Notes: generated from the sequence alone by a model not told the origin. A stretch of DNA of 34,927 bases from Candidatus Thorarchaeota archaeon (GCA_046758445.1 JBHIAE010000029.1:1-34927), one strand, 5' to 3'. Shown: positions 7,953 to 17,994, numbered from the stretch's first letter. Program-made: numbers and translations.

Positions 7953-9797
7953 ATGATGTTCACCTGCAAGAAGTGCAGAGAACCATTCTATGTGGAGGAA
8001 GCGGAGATACGAGGTAACAACCTCCGTGTCTATGTGCAATGTCTCAATGGCCACAAAGGCAAGAGGGAGATTTCCAGATTCCAAGCTGACAACTCAGCTT
8101 TTGAGCTGTTCGAGGGTCTCTTTACCTGTGTTGAATGCGGTTCCAAAATGGGGATTGCGAGTACAGATGCGCACAGGAATCGTATGGAATACATCTTCGT
8201 TTGTCCCATTCACGGTGCCCGACCTCGACACATTCCCGGACTGTATCATCCCACTGTGACTGAGCTTCAGACCGAGGTAAACACGGCCAAGTCTGTTCTG
8301 GATTCTCTGAGTTGCCCTCGGTGCGGGGAGGTCTTTGTTGTTCATGAGATTGAGGAAAGGGCCGGGATTGTGGCGGCGAAGGCCAAATGTCCAAACGGCC
8401 ACAAGGAGATGCGGTTCATCCCGAGACAGACAGACGAGTCTATCCTGAAGACAGTCTTGAAGCGTCTGATTCATTGTGATACTTGTGGTCTTCCGGCCAG
8501 CATAGAGAATGTGTCCACAAAGGGAAACAAGACAAAAGTTCAGATATCCTGCCCGGTTCATGGATCAGCAAAGAAGGAATTGCCAGCCCAATTCAGCCAT
8601 CTTCTAGACTCTGTAGCTCAAGCGGTTACAGAAGGAACATTACTTCGTTCAGTCCTGAAGTGCAAAGACTGTGGCAATCCTCTATCAGTCCGCAGCATAG
8701 AGGAATCTCGTGACGATTACAAGCTCAAGATAGGTTGCTCGAATGGGCATAACTACGAGATGATTCAGCATATAGAATGGAGTGATGAAGCCACCGATGA
8801 GATTGCCAGAGCGGTCCTGAAATGCAACGAGTGCGACCTGCTCACCAAGATTGTCGAGCAGAAGGTTGATGGAACTCGCGCAGAGATTGAAGTTGTCTGT
8901 CCTATCCACCAAACGATGAAGAAGGGGCTCACTGTTGAGGTCTTCAAGCATTTGGAGGTGCGAGACCCTGAGATAGACAGACAACCCTCAATTGAAGAGA
9001 GTCTGAAGTGCCTTAAGTGTGGCACTCCCGTTACGGTTCGTGACTCGGGATTCGGCAAGGGCATGATTGAGGCCAAGGTCGAATGTCAGAAGAATCATGG
9101 GGACACACGCTATTATGTCGAGGACTTCGGGCCTGAGATTCTGGAACAAGTATACGATAAGATGTTCGAGTGTCACAAGTGTCACAGGCCAATGGATTTG
9201 GTGAGCTTCCAAGAAGTCAAGGATAAGGGTCAAGTAAATCTTGTTTGCGAGAAACACGGCGAGAGAAGGTTGGAGGTTCCAGCTACTCATGGGCTGATGG
9301 TTCGAGATGCGTATACCGCCAGGATGTCATTGCCAAAGATCCAGACTCTTACAAAGACCACCCTCACAAAGGAAGATGCAAGTACGTTTCAGTTCGACCC
9401 GGGTCTAGATTCTGACGAGATGTTCCAGACAGCCCGAAGTGTCATCGAACAGCATGACGTGCAGTTTGTGTCGGATGACCAGACTAATGGTGTTAAACAA
9501 GCCTGGTACTACGGCAAGGCCTTGAAGGGCGACGAGTTTGTCGTGGTAGGTTCCGTTTCGGGTGACAAACACGAAATCGAGATTCAAGGATTCTCGGACA
9601 ATGAAGAGCATCTGGGTTCACTGATGGCCCATATGCGTGAGAATCTCAGAGAGGTGTTGCTCCGTATCCGGGAGGATGCCGATGATATTCAGCCTCTGAT
9701 AGTTCAGTGTGTGCACTGCAATGCCGCTCTGTCAAAACGAGGTCTCCCGGGCGAGACCACTAGGTGCGAACACTGTGGAGTTCCCCTTCACTGGTAG
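7953..9797 (+). CDS. Multi-zinc-finger protein: 8 tandem CxxC-x21-Cx(2/3)H modules, an alpha/beta domain and a C-terminal C4 zinc ribbon
   Basis: Motifs counted in the translation. ATG at 7953 follows GGAG; the ORF track starts at 7923. Confidence 0.8.
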   Translation: MMFTCKKCREPFYVEEAEIRGNNLRVYVQCLNGHKGKREISRFQADNSAFELFEGLFTCVECGSKMGIASTDAHRNRMEYIFVCPIHGARPRHIPGLYHPTVTELQTEVNTAKSVLDSLSCPRCGEVFVVHEIEERAGIVAAKAKCPNGHKEMRFIPRQTDESILKTVLKRLIHCDTCGLPASIENVSTKGNKTKVQISCPVHGSAKKELPAQFSHLLDSVAQAVTEGTLLRSVLKCKDCGNPLSVRSIEESRDDYKLKIGCSNGHNYEMIQHIEWSDEATDEIARAVLKCNECDLLTKIVEQKVDGTRAEIEVVCPIHQTMKKGLTVEVFKHLEVRDPEIDRQPSIEESLKCLKCGTPVTVRDSGFGKGMIEAKVECQKNHGDTRYYVEDFGPEILEQVYDKMFECHKCHRPMDLVSFQEVKDKGQVNLVCEKHGERRLEVPATHGLMVRDAYTARMSLPKIQTLTKTTLTKEDASTFQFDPGLDSDEMFQTARSVIEQHDVQFVSDDQTNGVKQAWYYGKALKGDEFVVVGSVSGDKHEIEIQGFSDNEEHLGSLMAHMRENLREVLLRIREDADDIQPLIVQCVHCNAALSKRGLPGETTRCEHCGVPLHW

Positions 9798-9805
9798 GAT
9801 TCGCT

Positions 9806-10372
9806 CTACCTGCCCTTCCATTCTATAGAAGGCTTCTCAACAGCCCCGATGTGAGTGAGAACCCTGTCCACGATAGAGTCCACCAGTTCATCAACAGATT
9901 TGGGTCTGTGCCAGAAAGCGGGACTTGCCGGTAGAACGATGGCTCCCGCCTCAGTGACTCTAGCCATGTTTCGGATGTGGATGAGATTCAGTGGGGTCTC
10001 TCTGGGAACAAGAACTAGCTTTCGACGCTCCTTCAAAGAGCAGTCGGCGGCACGAACTATTAGGTTGTCTGCGTACCCATGAGCTATACCGGCCATGGTC
10101 TTCATAGAGCAGGGGATGACAACAACAGCATCTAGATGGTAGCTCCCACTTGCTGGTCCAGCATAGAGGTCATCCTCACGATAACTCACATCGACCTCCT
10201 TTTCGAGGTCCTTGACTGTAAGTCCGGTTTCGTGCTTTAGAGTTTCCTTGCCCCATTTCGACACAACCAGATGGACTTCATGATTCAGCTTCCTTAGCAT
10301 CCGGAGTGTTCTAACGCCGTAGGTTGCACCGCTTGCACCAGTAATGCAGACAAGGATTCTCTTCTTCACCAT
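9806..10372 (-). CDS. ubiX: Flavin prenyltransferase UbiX
   Basis: ITGASGA, ASGS, PCSMKT, RAADxxLKERR, PRETP and PAFW motifs. Confidence 0.95.
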   Translation of the reverse strand: MVKKRILVCITGASGATYGVRTLRMLRKLNHEVHLVVSKWGKETLKHETGLTVKDLEKEVDVSYREDDLYAGPASGSYHLDAVVVIPCSMKTMAGIAHGYADNLIVRAADCSLKERRKLVLVPRETPLNLIHIRNMARVTEAGAIVLPASPAFWHRPKSVDELVDSIVDRVLTHIGAVEKPSIEWKGR

Positions 10373-10448
10373 AGCTCCATATCTCCTATCTGTCGTTTAA
10401 GCGTCCATCATCTGTTCATTTGCCTTTCTGTGCTGACAATTGACCTAG

Positions 10449-12293
10449 TCAGAGCAGAGCAGTAAGAATTACTGCCAAGAGAAGCGCAATAGTTCCTGCT
10501 CGAAACCCTATGCGTCTGGCAATTCCTGCCGCCTCCGTAATGTCTTGAGTCAATATGTCGAATCCTTTCTCTCCGAATGTTCGGAGGCCTTTTGCTTCAC
10601 CGAAACCAAGCCCGAGGCTGACCTCTGCTAGTTCCTCGCGTGCCCGATTTGCAGCGAGAACAATAGCCTCTAGGGTTTCTTCGAGCCCATGCTGACCTAC
10701 AGGAGGGTATCCTCGACTCGAAGTCGAGATTGCATTGACCACATGCGTGTCTGTCGTAAGAACCTCGGCGTCGTCGAATCCTTGGGTCCTTAACAAGCGA
10801 ATAGCTTCATCACGAAACCCGGGTTCCATGTTATTCCCATCTACGCTTATGAATGCGATCTCCCGGCCACCTAGGCCAAGAATCATGGCAGTCACTCCTC
10901 CCGGTCCGATTCCTTCTTCCGGAGAAATGGTTTCGGGCACAGCCCTATAGAAACCTGCAGACACTTTGGTTCTGGGAGAATCGAAAGTGGAGAAGACAGC
11001 ACTGGAAACTGCACCCACATACTCACCTGCTTCTAGGTCACCTGGCATCACAGATACGGCGTCGCCGTTAATGCAGTTGTGGGCATCCACGACTGCAACG
11101 CTTCTCACCTTTGGCACTCTTTCACGCACAAGGTTAGCGGCCTCTCTTCCAACTTCAAGAGATATATCGTCGGTAAACTCGGGAGCGCTGGTGCTGATAG
11201 TCAAGACATCGTCGCCCACAAACAGAGTCCAGACCTTGAACCTCCCGAGGTCCGACCAGTGAGGGCCGGAGGCAGTCGGATGAACCTGAGTTTCCTCTAT
11301 GAGCCGATCGATCTCAGCCATGACAAGTGGAAAGTCTTCCTTTGTTGTCAAATTCTGTTGATGAGTACAGCTGCCATGCATTATGAAAGCAGGCACACCA
11401 TGGTTCTTCTCAATGTGGTCGATGATGGCGGAGGGAAGTGAGCTACTCCCGATCTGTCTAAACGGTCCGGGATGAACATACTGAATGACTCCGACACCTA
11501 CAAGTCCTTCATCATTCCTGAACACGATTAGCTCAACTGGGACATCCTGCAACTCACCGATTTGTGTCAGGGTCCTTTCAATTGGCTGCGAGTTGTTCAT
11601 GAGGTAGTCATATCCAAAGGCCCGCAGAAGCTCTGGTCCATTGATACCGAGGTCTCTCTCAAAGGGCACACTGACTGATCGAAAGATGAAGTGGACAGCC
11701 ATCGAGAATACGGGGAACGTAATTAGTGCGACAATCGGCCAGAGTGGTGGAAATATCAGCACCGGGTCCGCGAGGTTGCTCAAGGCCCAAGTTGTCACGT
11801 ACCAAATGGCCGGAATCATAAGGGCTGCAGTGAAATTCCTCAGAGGGTGATGGTCGCTGAGTCCAGTCACAAGAAACACGAACAACATATAGGCGGCGCC
11901 AAGTCCCAACATCCAGAATCGGATCTCATAGAACTCTGACATGAGTAGTAGGTCCAGAATACTTCCTATGACCCCAAAGATGATCCAGATCAGGATGCCA
12001 TACTGAACTGAGCCCGCCGTGCGTCTACCATCGAGAGGTGATCCCTCCTTTCTGACAATGGCATAGAGCAGAATTGTGCCCAAGAACGAAGGAACACCTA
12101 GGATCAGCAGGTACTGTCCGAGAACCCAGAAGAAGCTTGGGACCGGGTTCACGAAAAAACTCACTGTCGCTGTGATGAAAGCGCCGAACAAGACAACTGC
12201 TAGAATCCTAGCGATTATCCCTTGGTAGGTCGGGAGCCGCCAGACTTTTGAGTAGAGACTCACGGTTTCCTTTACCTTGGCCTTCTCACCCAA
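10449..12293 (-). CDS. DUF2070 family archaeal membrane protein
   Basis: N-terminal TM helices plus VHPGPF, HGSCTH, DAHN, DGNN and TTDTH motifs typical of DUF2070. Confidence 0.8.
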   Translation of the reverse strand: MGEKAKVKETVSLYSKVWRLPTYQGIIARILAVVLFGAFITATVSFFVNPVPSFFWVLGQYLLILGVPSFLGTILLYAIVRKEGSPLDGRRTAGSVQYGILIWIIFGVIGSILDLLLMSEFYEIRFWMLGLGAAYMLFVFLVTGLSDHHPLRNFTAALMIPAIWYVTTWALSNLADPVLIFPPLWPIVALITFPVFSMAVHFIFRSVSVPFERDLGINGPELLRAFGYDYLMNNSQPIERTLTQIGELQDVPVELIVFRNDEGLVGVGVIQYVHPGPFRQIGSSSLPSAIIDHIEKNHGVPAFIMHGSCTHQQNLTTKEDFPLVMAEIDRLIEETQVHPTASGPHWSDLGRFKVWTLFVGDDVLTISTSAPEFTDDISLEVGREAANLVRERVPKVRSVAVVDAHNCINGDAVSVMPGDLEAGEYVGAVSSAVFSTFDSPRTKVSAGFYRAVPETISPEEGIGPGGVTAMILGLGGREIAFISVDGNNMEPGFRDEAIRLLRTQGFDDAEVLTTDTHVVNAISTSSRGYPPVGQHGLEETLEAIVLAANRAREELAEVSLGLGFGEAKGLRTFGEKGFDILTQDITEAAGIARRIGFRAGTIALLLAVILTALL

Positions 12294-12385
12294 CGCGTTT
12301 CCTTCCGAGGTTTTTGTACTCAGTCTGGACCTCTCTTATCAACATTCCCTAAATAGTGGGTGCAATCTCCACTAACACAATGCTT

Positions 12386-12425
12386 ATATCGCATTCGATA
12401 TTATGCGCAATATCACATTCGATAA
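12386..12425 (+). promoter_or_regulatory. Two tandem ATATCG-N4-CGATAT-type palindromic operators overlapping the TATA-like box of the padR-ABC operon
   Basis: ATATCG-CATT-CGATAT (12386-12401) and ATATCA-CATT-CGATAA (12410-12425), 24 bp apart; CTTATAT at 12383-12389. Confidence 0.65.
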
Positions 12426-12970
12426 TGGACGTGTCGAAGTTGCTGAAGCAAGATCAAGCTGATCACGAATTTGATCACATCAGAATGCCTCATTCGGTGC
12501 CCAGAGGACTATTGAGACTCGTCATCATTAGGCTTCTACAGTCCCAGGAGATGACAGGGACGGGCATCATGACGACTCTCGCCGAGAGAAGTGAGGGTCA
12601 ATGGAAACCGAGCCCTGGCTCTATCTATCCTCTTCTGGCAAGTCTTGAAGAAGAAGGCATCATTAAGACCGTGCGGACTGAAGGTCGAAAGAAGACCTAC
12701 GCTCTCTCAAAGGAAGGTCGTTCACACACCAAAGAGATTCTCAAGAGAAAGCATGACGTAGAACACAGATCGCGTTTGAACCGAATGATCTGGCTTCAGC
12801 TTCTTGAACCGGCTGATAGAGCCCGATTCTACGTTGGGGGCATTGTTCATGCGAGTGAACACCTGAGTGACACAATCAAGGAACTCACCGACTCGGAACG
12901 TCGAAGACTACGCAAACAAGTGATGGCGGCGGCTGAAACGCTCGCCTCACTTCTTGACACCTTAGAATAA
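12425..12970 (+). CDS. PadR family transcriptional regulator
   Basis: PRGLLR..IIRLL, W.PSPGSIYPLL..LEEEG, RKKTYALS.EG. Start placed at ATG 12425, downstream of the operators; the ORF track starts at 12356. Confidence 0.9.
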   Translation: MDVSKLLKQDQADHEFDHIRMPHSVPRGLLRLVIIRLLQSQEMTGTGIMTTLAERSEGQWKPSPGSIYPLLASLEEEGIIKTVRTEGRKKTYALSKEGRSHTKEILKRKHDVEHRSRLNRMIWLQLLEPADRARFYVGGIVHASEHLSDTIKELTDSERRRLRKQVMAAAETLASLLDTLE

Positions 12971-12983
12971 GGAGCATCAAAGG

Positions 12984-14837
12984 ATGATCAACGAACAAGA
13001 AAAGACCACAGGTCGAAGTGCCGCTGCCCGGTACATGTTGGCTGGCCTACGGCGACACCCGAGAGCTATCTCTTTTGCATTGCTACTGACTGTCATATCA
13101 ACACTACTCGTAACAATCCCGATGGTAATTGTTGGAATGGCAGTGGACGAGCTTAGAGTGTCAGGGCTAAGCGGCCAATTCGTATTCCTTGTCTGGCTAA
13201 TCGTGGGCCTTGGTCTCATCTACATGGGACTCTACTTCGTGGTCGGTTATGTCTGGGCTGTAGTGACTCTAAGATGGGAGAGGGACGCCAGGCAAGAGTT
13301 CTTCGAGAGCCTTCAGGAATACAGTATGACCTTTCACGATATTGTGGACAGCAAGCGAATGCTCTCAGTGGCGATGCAAGACATCAATTGGGTTCGAATG
13401 TCTCTTAATCCTGCTCTAAGGAACATTGTGGGCGGCCTAACCTCATTTGCCATAACTGGTGTGTTTCTTGTCTTGATCGATCAGACGCCCGGCCTGACAG
13501 GCATCTTCACCATTTTCGGATATCCAGTCCCGGTCCTTACATTGATAATGCTGGTCGGGACGCCACTTTATCTTGCCTTTGCCTATAGATATGCCAACGC
13601 AGTCGAACCAGTGCGGCGACAGAGGGCAGAAAACATGGAACAACTCACAGCAGTTTCACAAGGGGTGTTCCAAGGCATTGAGGTTGTACGTGCATTCGGA
13701 GCAGAAGATAGAGAGCAAGGTAAATTTCGGCGAGTCAGCAAGGAGTACGAGAAGACAGTGACTCGAGAAGGACAGCTTGCTGCCTTCTATATCCCTGCAC
13801 TTGTTCTGACTGCAATGACCACTCTAGCTTTCGCATACGCTGGGTATGCAGTCTTGGCTAATGTCTTGACTCCTGGAGCGTTGATAGAAGTCCTAGGTCT
13901 CTTACTAGCTCTCGAGGGGCTAAACTTCCACCTGCCGGCCATGCTACTCATGCTACGAGGTGGATATGTCAATGCCCAGCGAATCGTTGAGATTCTCAAC
14001 TGGAAGGACCCCATGAAAGAGCCAATTGATGAGGTCGTAGACGTGAATTGGCTTGGCGACATCACCTTTGACAATGTCAGCTTCAAGTACAGTAGCGATG
14101 ATGGAAACAATGACCATTACGCACTCAAGGACTTCAGCATCACAATTCCTGGCAGTTCAAGAGTAGCACTCATTGGTGGTCCGGGAGGCGGAAAGAGCAC
14201 AATTCTGAAGCTTCTCCTGCGACTCTACGATCCCACCGAGGGGAGTGTGAGTGTTGGAGGTGTAGACCTCAGAACTGTGAGAACCGAGAGTGTCAGGGAT
14301 GTCGTAGGACTAGTGGAGCAAGACATCTTCTTGTTTCGAATGAGTGTTCGCGACAATATCGCCTTTGGAAGGAGCAACGCAACTGACGAAGAGGTTGTAG
14401 AAGCAGCAATGCGAGCCCAAGCTGACGAGTTTATCATTGAACTACCTGAGGGCTATGATTCAATGATTGGAGAACGAGGCATGACTCTGAGTGGTGGTCA
14501 GAGGCAGCGGCTAGCGATTGCCAGGGCGTTGATTCAGGATCCTAATATTCTCCTCTTGGATGATTCAGTCAGCGCAGTCGATGCACAGACTGAGTTCTTG
14601 ATGAGGAAGGCCTTGGACGAAGTCATGGTCGGCAGGACAAGCATAACTGTGACCCAGAGGCTTCGAACGCTCATTGAATCAGACTTGGTCATCATGGTGG
14701 ATAAAGGAAAACTCATCGCGGCCGGCTGTCACGAAGACCTTCTGAAGACTTCCGAGCAATATCGACACATCTTTGAGCGGCTGCCTGGTGCTCAGGCACT
14801 TCTAGATAACATGTTCGTGAGAGGAGGTGCCACATAA
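12984..14837 (+). CDS. ABC exporter permease/ATP-binding subunit with degenerate NBD
   Basis: TMD+NBD. Walker A GGPGGGKST, signature LSGGQRQ, Walker B LLLDD (Glu to Asp), switch TQR (His to Gln). This is the TM287-type degenerate half. Confidence 0.92.
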   Translation: MINEQEKTTGRSAAARYMLAGLRRHPRAISFALLLTVISTLLVTIPMVIVGMAVDELRVSGLSGQFVFLVWLIVGLGLIYMGLYFVVGYVWAVVTLRWERDARQEFFESLQEYSMTFHDIVDSKRMLSVAMQDINWVRMSLNPALRNIVGGLTSFAITGVFLVLIDQTPGLTGIFTIFGYPVPVLTLIMLVGTPLYLAFAYRYANAVEPVRRQRAENMEQLTAVSQGVFQGIEVVRAFGAEDREQGKFRRVSKEYEKTVTREGQLAAFYIPALVLTAMTTLAFAYAGYAVLANVLTPGALIEVLGLLLALEGLNFHLPAMLLMLRGGYVNAQRIVEILNWKDPMKEPIDEVVDVNWLGDITFDNVSFKYSSDDGNNDHYALKDFSITIPGSSRVALIGGPGGGKSTILKLLLRLYDPTEGSVSVGGVDLRTVRTESVRDVVGLVEQDIFLFRMSVRDNIAFGRSNATDEEVVEAAMRAQADEFIIELPEGYDSMIGERGMTLSGGQRQRLAIARALIQDPNILLLDDSVSAVDAQTEFLMRKALDEVMVGRTSITVTQRLRTLIESDLVIMVDKGKLIAAGCHEDLLKTSEQYRHIFERLPGAQALLDNMFVRGGAT

Positions 14838-16954
14838 TGGGTATGCGAGGTCACGGCGGTCCTAGAGGTATGCTCGGATACAAATACAAGAGAAGCCGGC
14901 CAATTCGTGTTCTGCTAGGCCGGATGATTCGTTACCTGGGACGTTTCAGAAGAATTGTCGCTATGGGTGCAGTCTTCTCTATCCTAGCCACAATTGTTTC
15001 AGCTTTCGACCCTCTAGTTCTTACCTGGGGAATCAATTCAATTGATCCAAAGGTCAATCCGTCACCGGCCTTCAGCACTCTACTACTCCTCATCGGGATC
15101 TATGTCGTCCTAAGAATTACTAGTTGGGCTCTGTCAAGTGCGAACACATGGATACTGGCAAGTGCTCAGGCCGGCTTTGTTCAGAACATCCAAGAAGACG
15201 TATATAGCCACCTTGTGAGAGCGGATCTTTCCTACCACAAGTCCGAACAGAGCGGCAACGTCACCTCACGGGTCACATCAGACACGGTTTCGCTCGGGAC
15301 TGGTATCCAAGTGCTGATTGGTTTTGCGAGCCAGGCTCTGATGCTCGTTGCTACATTCCTGCTACTATTGTTCACTTCTCAAGCTTTGGCACTCACTGCA
15401 TTGATTGTGATACCTGGCGTGGTGTTCATAGCTGTACTCTTTGGCACAGTGGGTCAGAGGATTATGCTCGCTTCTCAGAGAGCCTACGGGAAGGTTTCAG
15501 GGCAGATCGCTGAGAACCTTGGCGGCATTCACATTGCGAAAGCATTCAATCGCGAGGAAGAACTAGCGGAGGAGATGTTGGAACTGAACCAACAGGCTTA
15601 CAGACATGGGTTCCGATTCATGATTTTGATGAGTGCCATGCAGCCTCTGGTGCGGTCGATAGGTCAGTTTGCGGTTGCTGCTATGCTCTTTGTCGGTGGC
15701 TCACTGGCAGTGGGCACTCTGCCGGTCTTGACCATTGCTGAGGTGTTTCTAGGAGTGATGCTCATCAGTCGTTTCATGTGGCCTCTCCTGGCCCTTGCAA
15801 TGATGTCTACTCAGGTGCAATCGTCTCTTGCTGCAATGGATCGCATCTCTGATGTGCTGGAGGCCAAACGTGCAGTGGCTGATCTGCATTACGCAGCCCC
15901 CCTTCTTGAGGCTAGCGATGGTATCACCTTTGAGAACCTCACATTCGAATACGTCAAGGACACTCCAGTTCTGAAGAACGTCAATTTCACCATTTCCGCT
16001 GGCGAAACTGTGGCAGTAGTCGGACACACAGGTGCTGGCAAGACGACCCTAGCGGCGTTAATCAACAGATTCTATGATCCGATGGAAGGTAGCGTTCTAA
16101 TTGGGGACCAAGACATACGAGATGTAACATTGGATTCCTTACACGATACAGTTTCATTGATTCCACAGGAACCTTACCTATTCGATGATACCATCATGGA
16201 GAACATTCGTTATGGTAAACCTGATGCCACGGATGAGGAGATTATAGACCTATGCAAGATTGTCGGAGCTAACGAGTTCATTGAGGTGCTCGCTGACGGC
16301 TACGAAACTCGAATAATCGAGAGCGGTAAGAACCTGAGTGCCGGTCAGAGGCAGATAATTACAATCGCAAGAACTATGCTTGCCGACCCGCGCATTCTCA
16401 TACTTGACGAAGCCACTAGCCGACTTGATGCATATAGCGAGTCTTTGGTGCAGGATGCGCAGGCCATGCTATTCTCTGACAGAACGACAGTTGTCATAGC
16501 ACACCGTCTGACCACGATTGCGAACGCCTCAAGAATAATCGTCTTCAAGGATGGAGAGATAATCGAAGAAGGCACACATGAAGAGCTACTTGCTCTCGAT
16601 GGCACATTCAAGGCACTCTACGATACGTACTATGCTCATCAGGGCCTTGAGGAGCTCACTGAGGAAACAGTCAGAGCAGCAGAGGAGGAAGTCGCCAAGG
16701 CCGGTATCGAGATCGATGTTTCCCCTGCGACCGGGCCCATGGGCATGGGGATGATGGGTGGAATGGGTGGACACGGTGGACACGGACCGCCAGGTCCCGA
16801 GATGATAAAGCAGATGATGGAGCGTATGCCTCCCGAAATGCTTGAGAAGATGATGAGTGATCCAGACAGTCTGCCTCCAGAAATGAGGGAACGCATCAAG
16901 AAGATGCTTCAGATGCGAGAAGGCGCTGAGTCATCATCTGGTGGAAGTGACTAG
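14837..16954 (+). CDS. ABC exporter permease/ATP-binding subunit (consensus half) with Met/Gly/His/Pro-rich C-terminal extension
   Basis: GHTGAGKT, LSAGQRQ, LILDEAT, IAHRL; translationally coupled to the partner gene (TAATG). Confidence 0.92.
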   Translation: MGMRGHGGPRGMLGYKYKRSRPIRVLLGRMIRYLGRFRRIVAMGAVFSILATIVSAFDPLVLTWGINSIDPKVNPSPAFSTLLLLIGIYVVLRITSWALSSANTWILASAQAGFVQNIQEDVYSHLVRADLSYHKSEQSGNVTSRVTSDTVSLGTGIQVLIGFASQALMLVATFLLLLFTSQALALTALIVIPGVVFIAVLFGTVGQRIMLASQRAYGKVSGQIAENLGGIHIAKAFNREEELAEEMLELNQQAYRHGFRFMILMSAMQPLVRSIGQFAVAAMLFVGGSLAVGTLPVLTIAEVFLGVMLISRFMWPLLALAMMSTQVQSSLAAMDRISDVLEAKRAVADLHYAAPLLEASDGITFENLTFEYVKDTPVLKNVNFTISAGETVAVVGHTGAGKTTLAALINRFYDPMEGSVLIGDQDIRDVTLDSLHDTVSLIPQEPYLFDDTIMENIRYGKPDATDEEIIDLCKIVGANEFIEVLADGYETRIIESGKNLSAGQRQIITIARTMLADPRILILDEATSRLDAYSESLVQDAQAMLFSDRTTVVIAHRLTTIANASRIIVFKDGEIIEEGTHEELLALDGTFKALYDTYYAHQGLEELTEETVRAAEEEVAKAGIEIDVSPATGPMGMGMMGGMGGHGGHGPPGPEMIKQMMERMPPEMLEKMMSDPDSLPPEMRERIKKMLQMREGAESSSGGSD

Positions 16955-16964
16955 TCAACTATGG

Positions 16965-17768
16965 CTAGAAGTCCTCGATTCTCCTAGCCATAGAAAGAGC
17001 CGCCCCGAGGACCAAGTACGATTCTATGCTCAACAGCTGGAGATACGGGTCCAGCAGAGATACTCCGACGAAGGACCACGTCCCGAGTCGGACCAGCATG
17101 AAGAAGACAGCAAGAAGTGACAATCCCAACGGTACCGCCAGTCTTCCTTGTCGAAAGGTCCAAAGCACATAGATTAAGGCGACTGTAGTGACTCCCACCC
17201 CCGCAACAAGAGGGGCCGTAGTTATCACCTCGATCGGTTCTCTCACTGGTGAAAGTGAAATCACAGTCATTGTGAGAACAATCACTGCAACTATGGGAAT
17301 TGTGACCATACCCCCAACGAGCTTCCTATCGTCTGTCGTTCCAAGGACTTTGTTTGAAGCCCTAAGATACCCAAGGACACCGATTGCCCAGAATAACATT
17401 CCCGGAGATTGTGTTAGACTGGCCGTATTGTGGAACACATCACTTCCCTGCTGGCCACTCAACACTACTAAGGCAACATCAGACACAGAGTAGAGCACAA
17501 GCCCGAGAGCGATTAGGAGGTTCATCATGTGGAATCTATCTTCCTTTGTGAAGTCCCCCTTACCAAACTGAAACAGACCAACGAAACCGGTCAGAAATGC
17601 GCAAATGGGTGCAAGGTACATTGTCAGCGAAGCAAGAAGGGGAATCTCACCTGCGGACCAAAGAATCAGGCTTGCAACGAGAATGACAAGTCCAATCACC
17701 AAAAAGAGGACTGTCGAATACTTCTCACGCGAAGTCACTGGTCTATGACCCTCCGATACTTTTGGCAT
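16965..17768 (-). CDS. Multi-pass (~7 TM) membrane protein, hypothetical
   Basis: 267-aa ORF with about 7 hydrophobic segments; CTTAAG TATA-like box about 30 bp upstream. Confidence 0.7.
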   Translation of the reverse strand: MPKVSEGHRPVTSREKYSTVLFLVIGLVILVASLILWSAGEIPLLASLTMYLAPICAFLTGFVGLFQFGKGDFTKEDRFHMMNLLIALGLVLYSVSDVALVVLSGQQGSDVFHNTASLTQSPGMLFWAIGVLGYLRASNKVLGTTDDRKLVGGMVTIPIVAVIVLTMTVISLSPVREPIEVITTAPLVAGVGVTTVALIYVLWTFRQGRLAVPLGLSLLAVFFMLVRLGTWSFVGVSLLDPYLQLLSIESYLVLGAALSMARRIEDF

Positions 17769-17787
17769 GAAGCGGCAACCACGATCT

Positions 17788-17915
17788 GTTTGTTTTGCTT
17801 AAGGTATAGTAGGACTATACCAAATAACTATCAAATCGGGGATGGGCTGGCTTTCAATTCTATCCCTTATCTGTTCTCGAATCTGATTGATATCTGTTAT
17901 GCGTCTAGTCTTCTG
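17788..17915. repeat. Island repeat, copy 1
   Basis: GTTTGTTTTGCTTAAGGTATAGTAGGACTATACC...CTATCAAATCG...TGTTCTCGAATCT..TTGATATCTGTTATGCGTCTAGTCTT; aligns with copies at 19161 and 19599. Confidence 0.9.
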
Positions 17916-17994
17916 GTTTCTCTCGGTGTCCGAGATTATCGGAAACCTGAGATAGAGTAGAAGTTACTTCAATCTGTCACTTATGCCTCTCTAT

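Noticed and set aside
9171-9186. CHKCH as a c-type heme-binding motif
   Set aside because: It occurs once, in register as the eighth zinc-finger CxxC, in a protein with no signal peptide.
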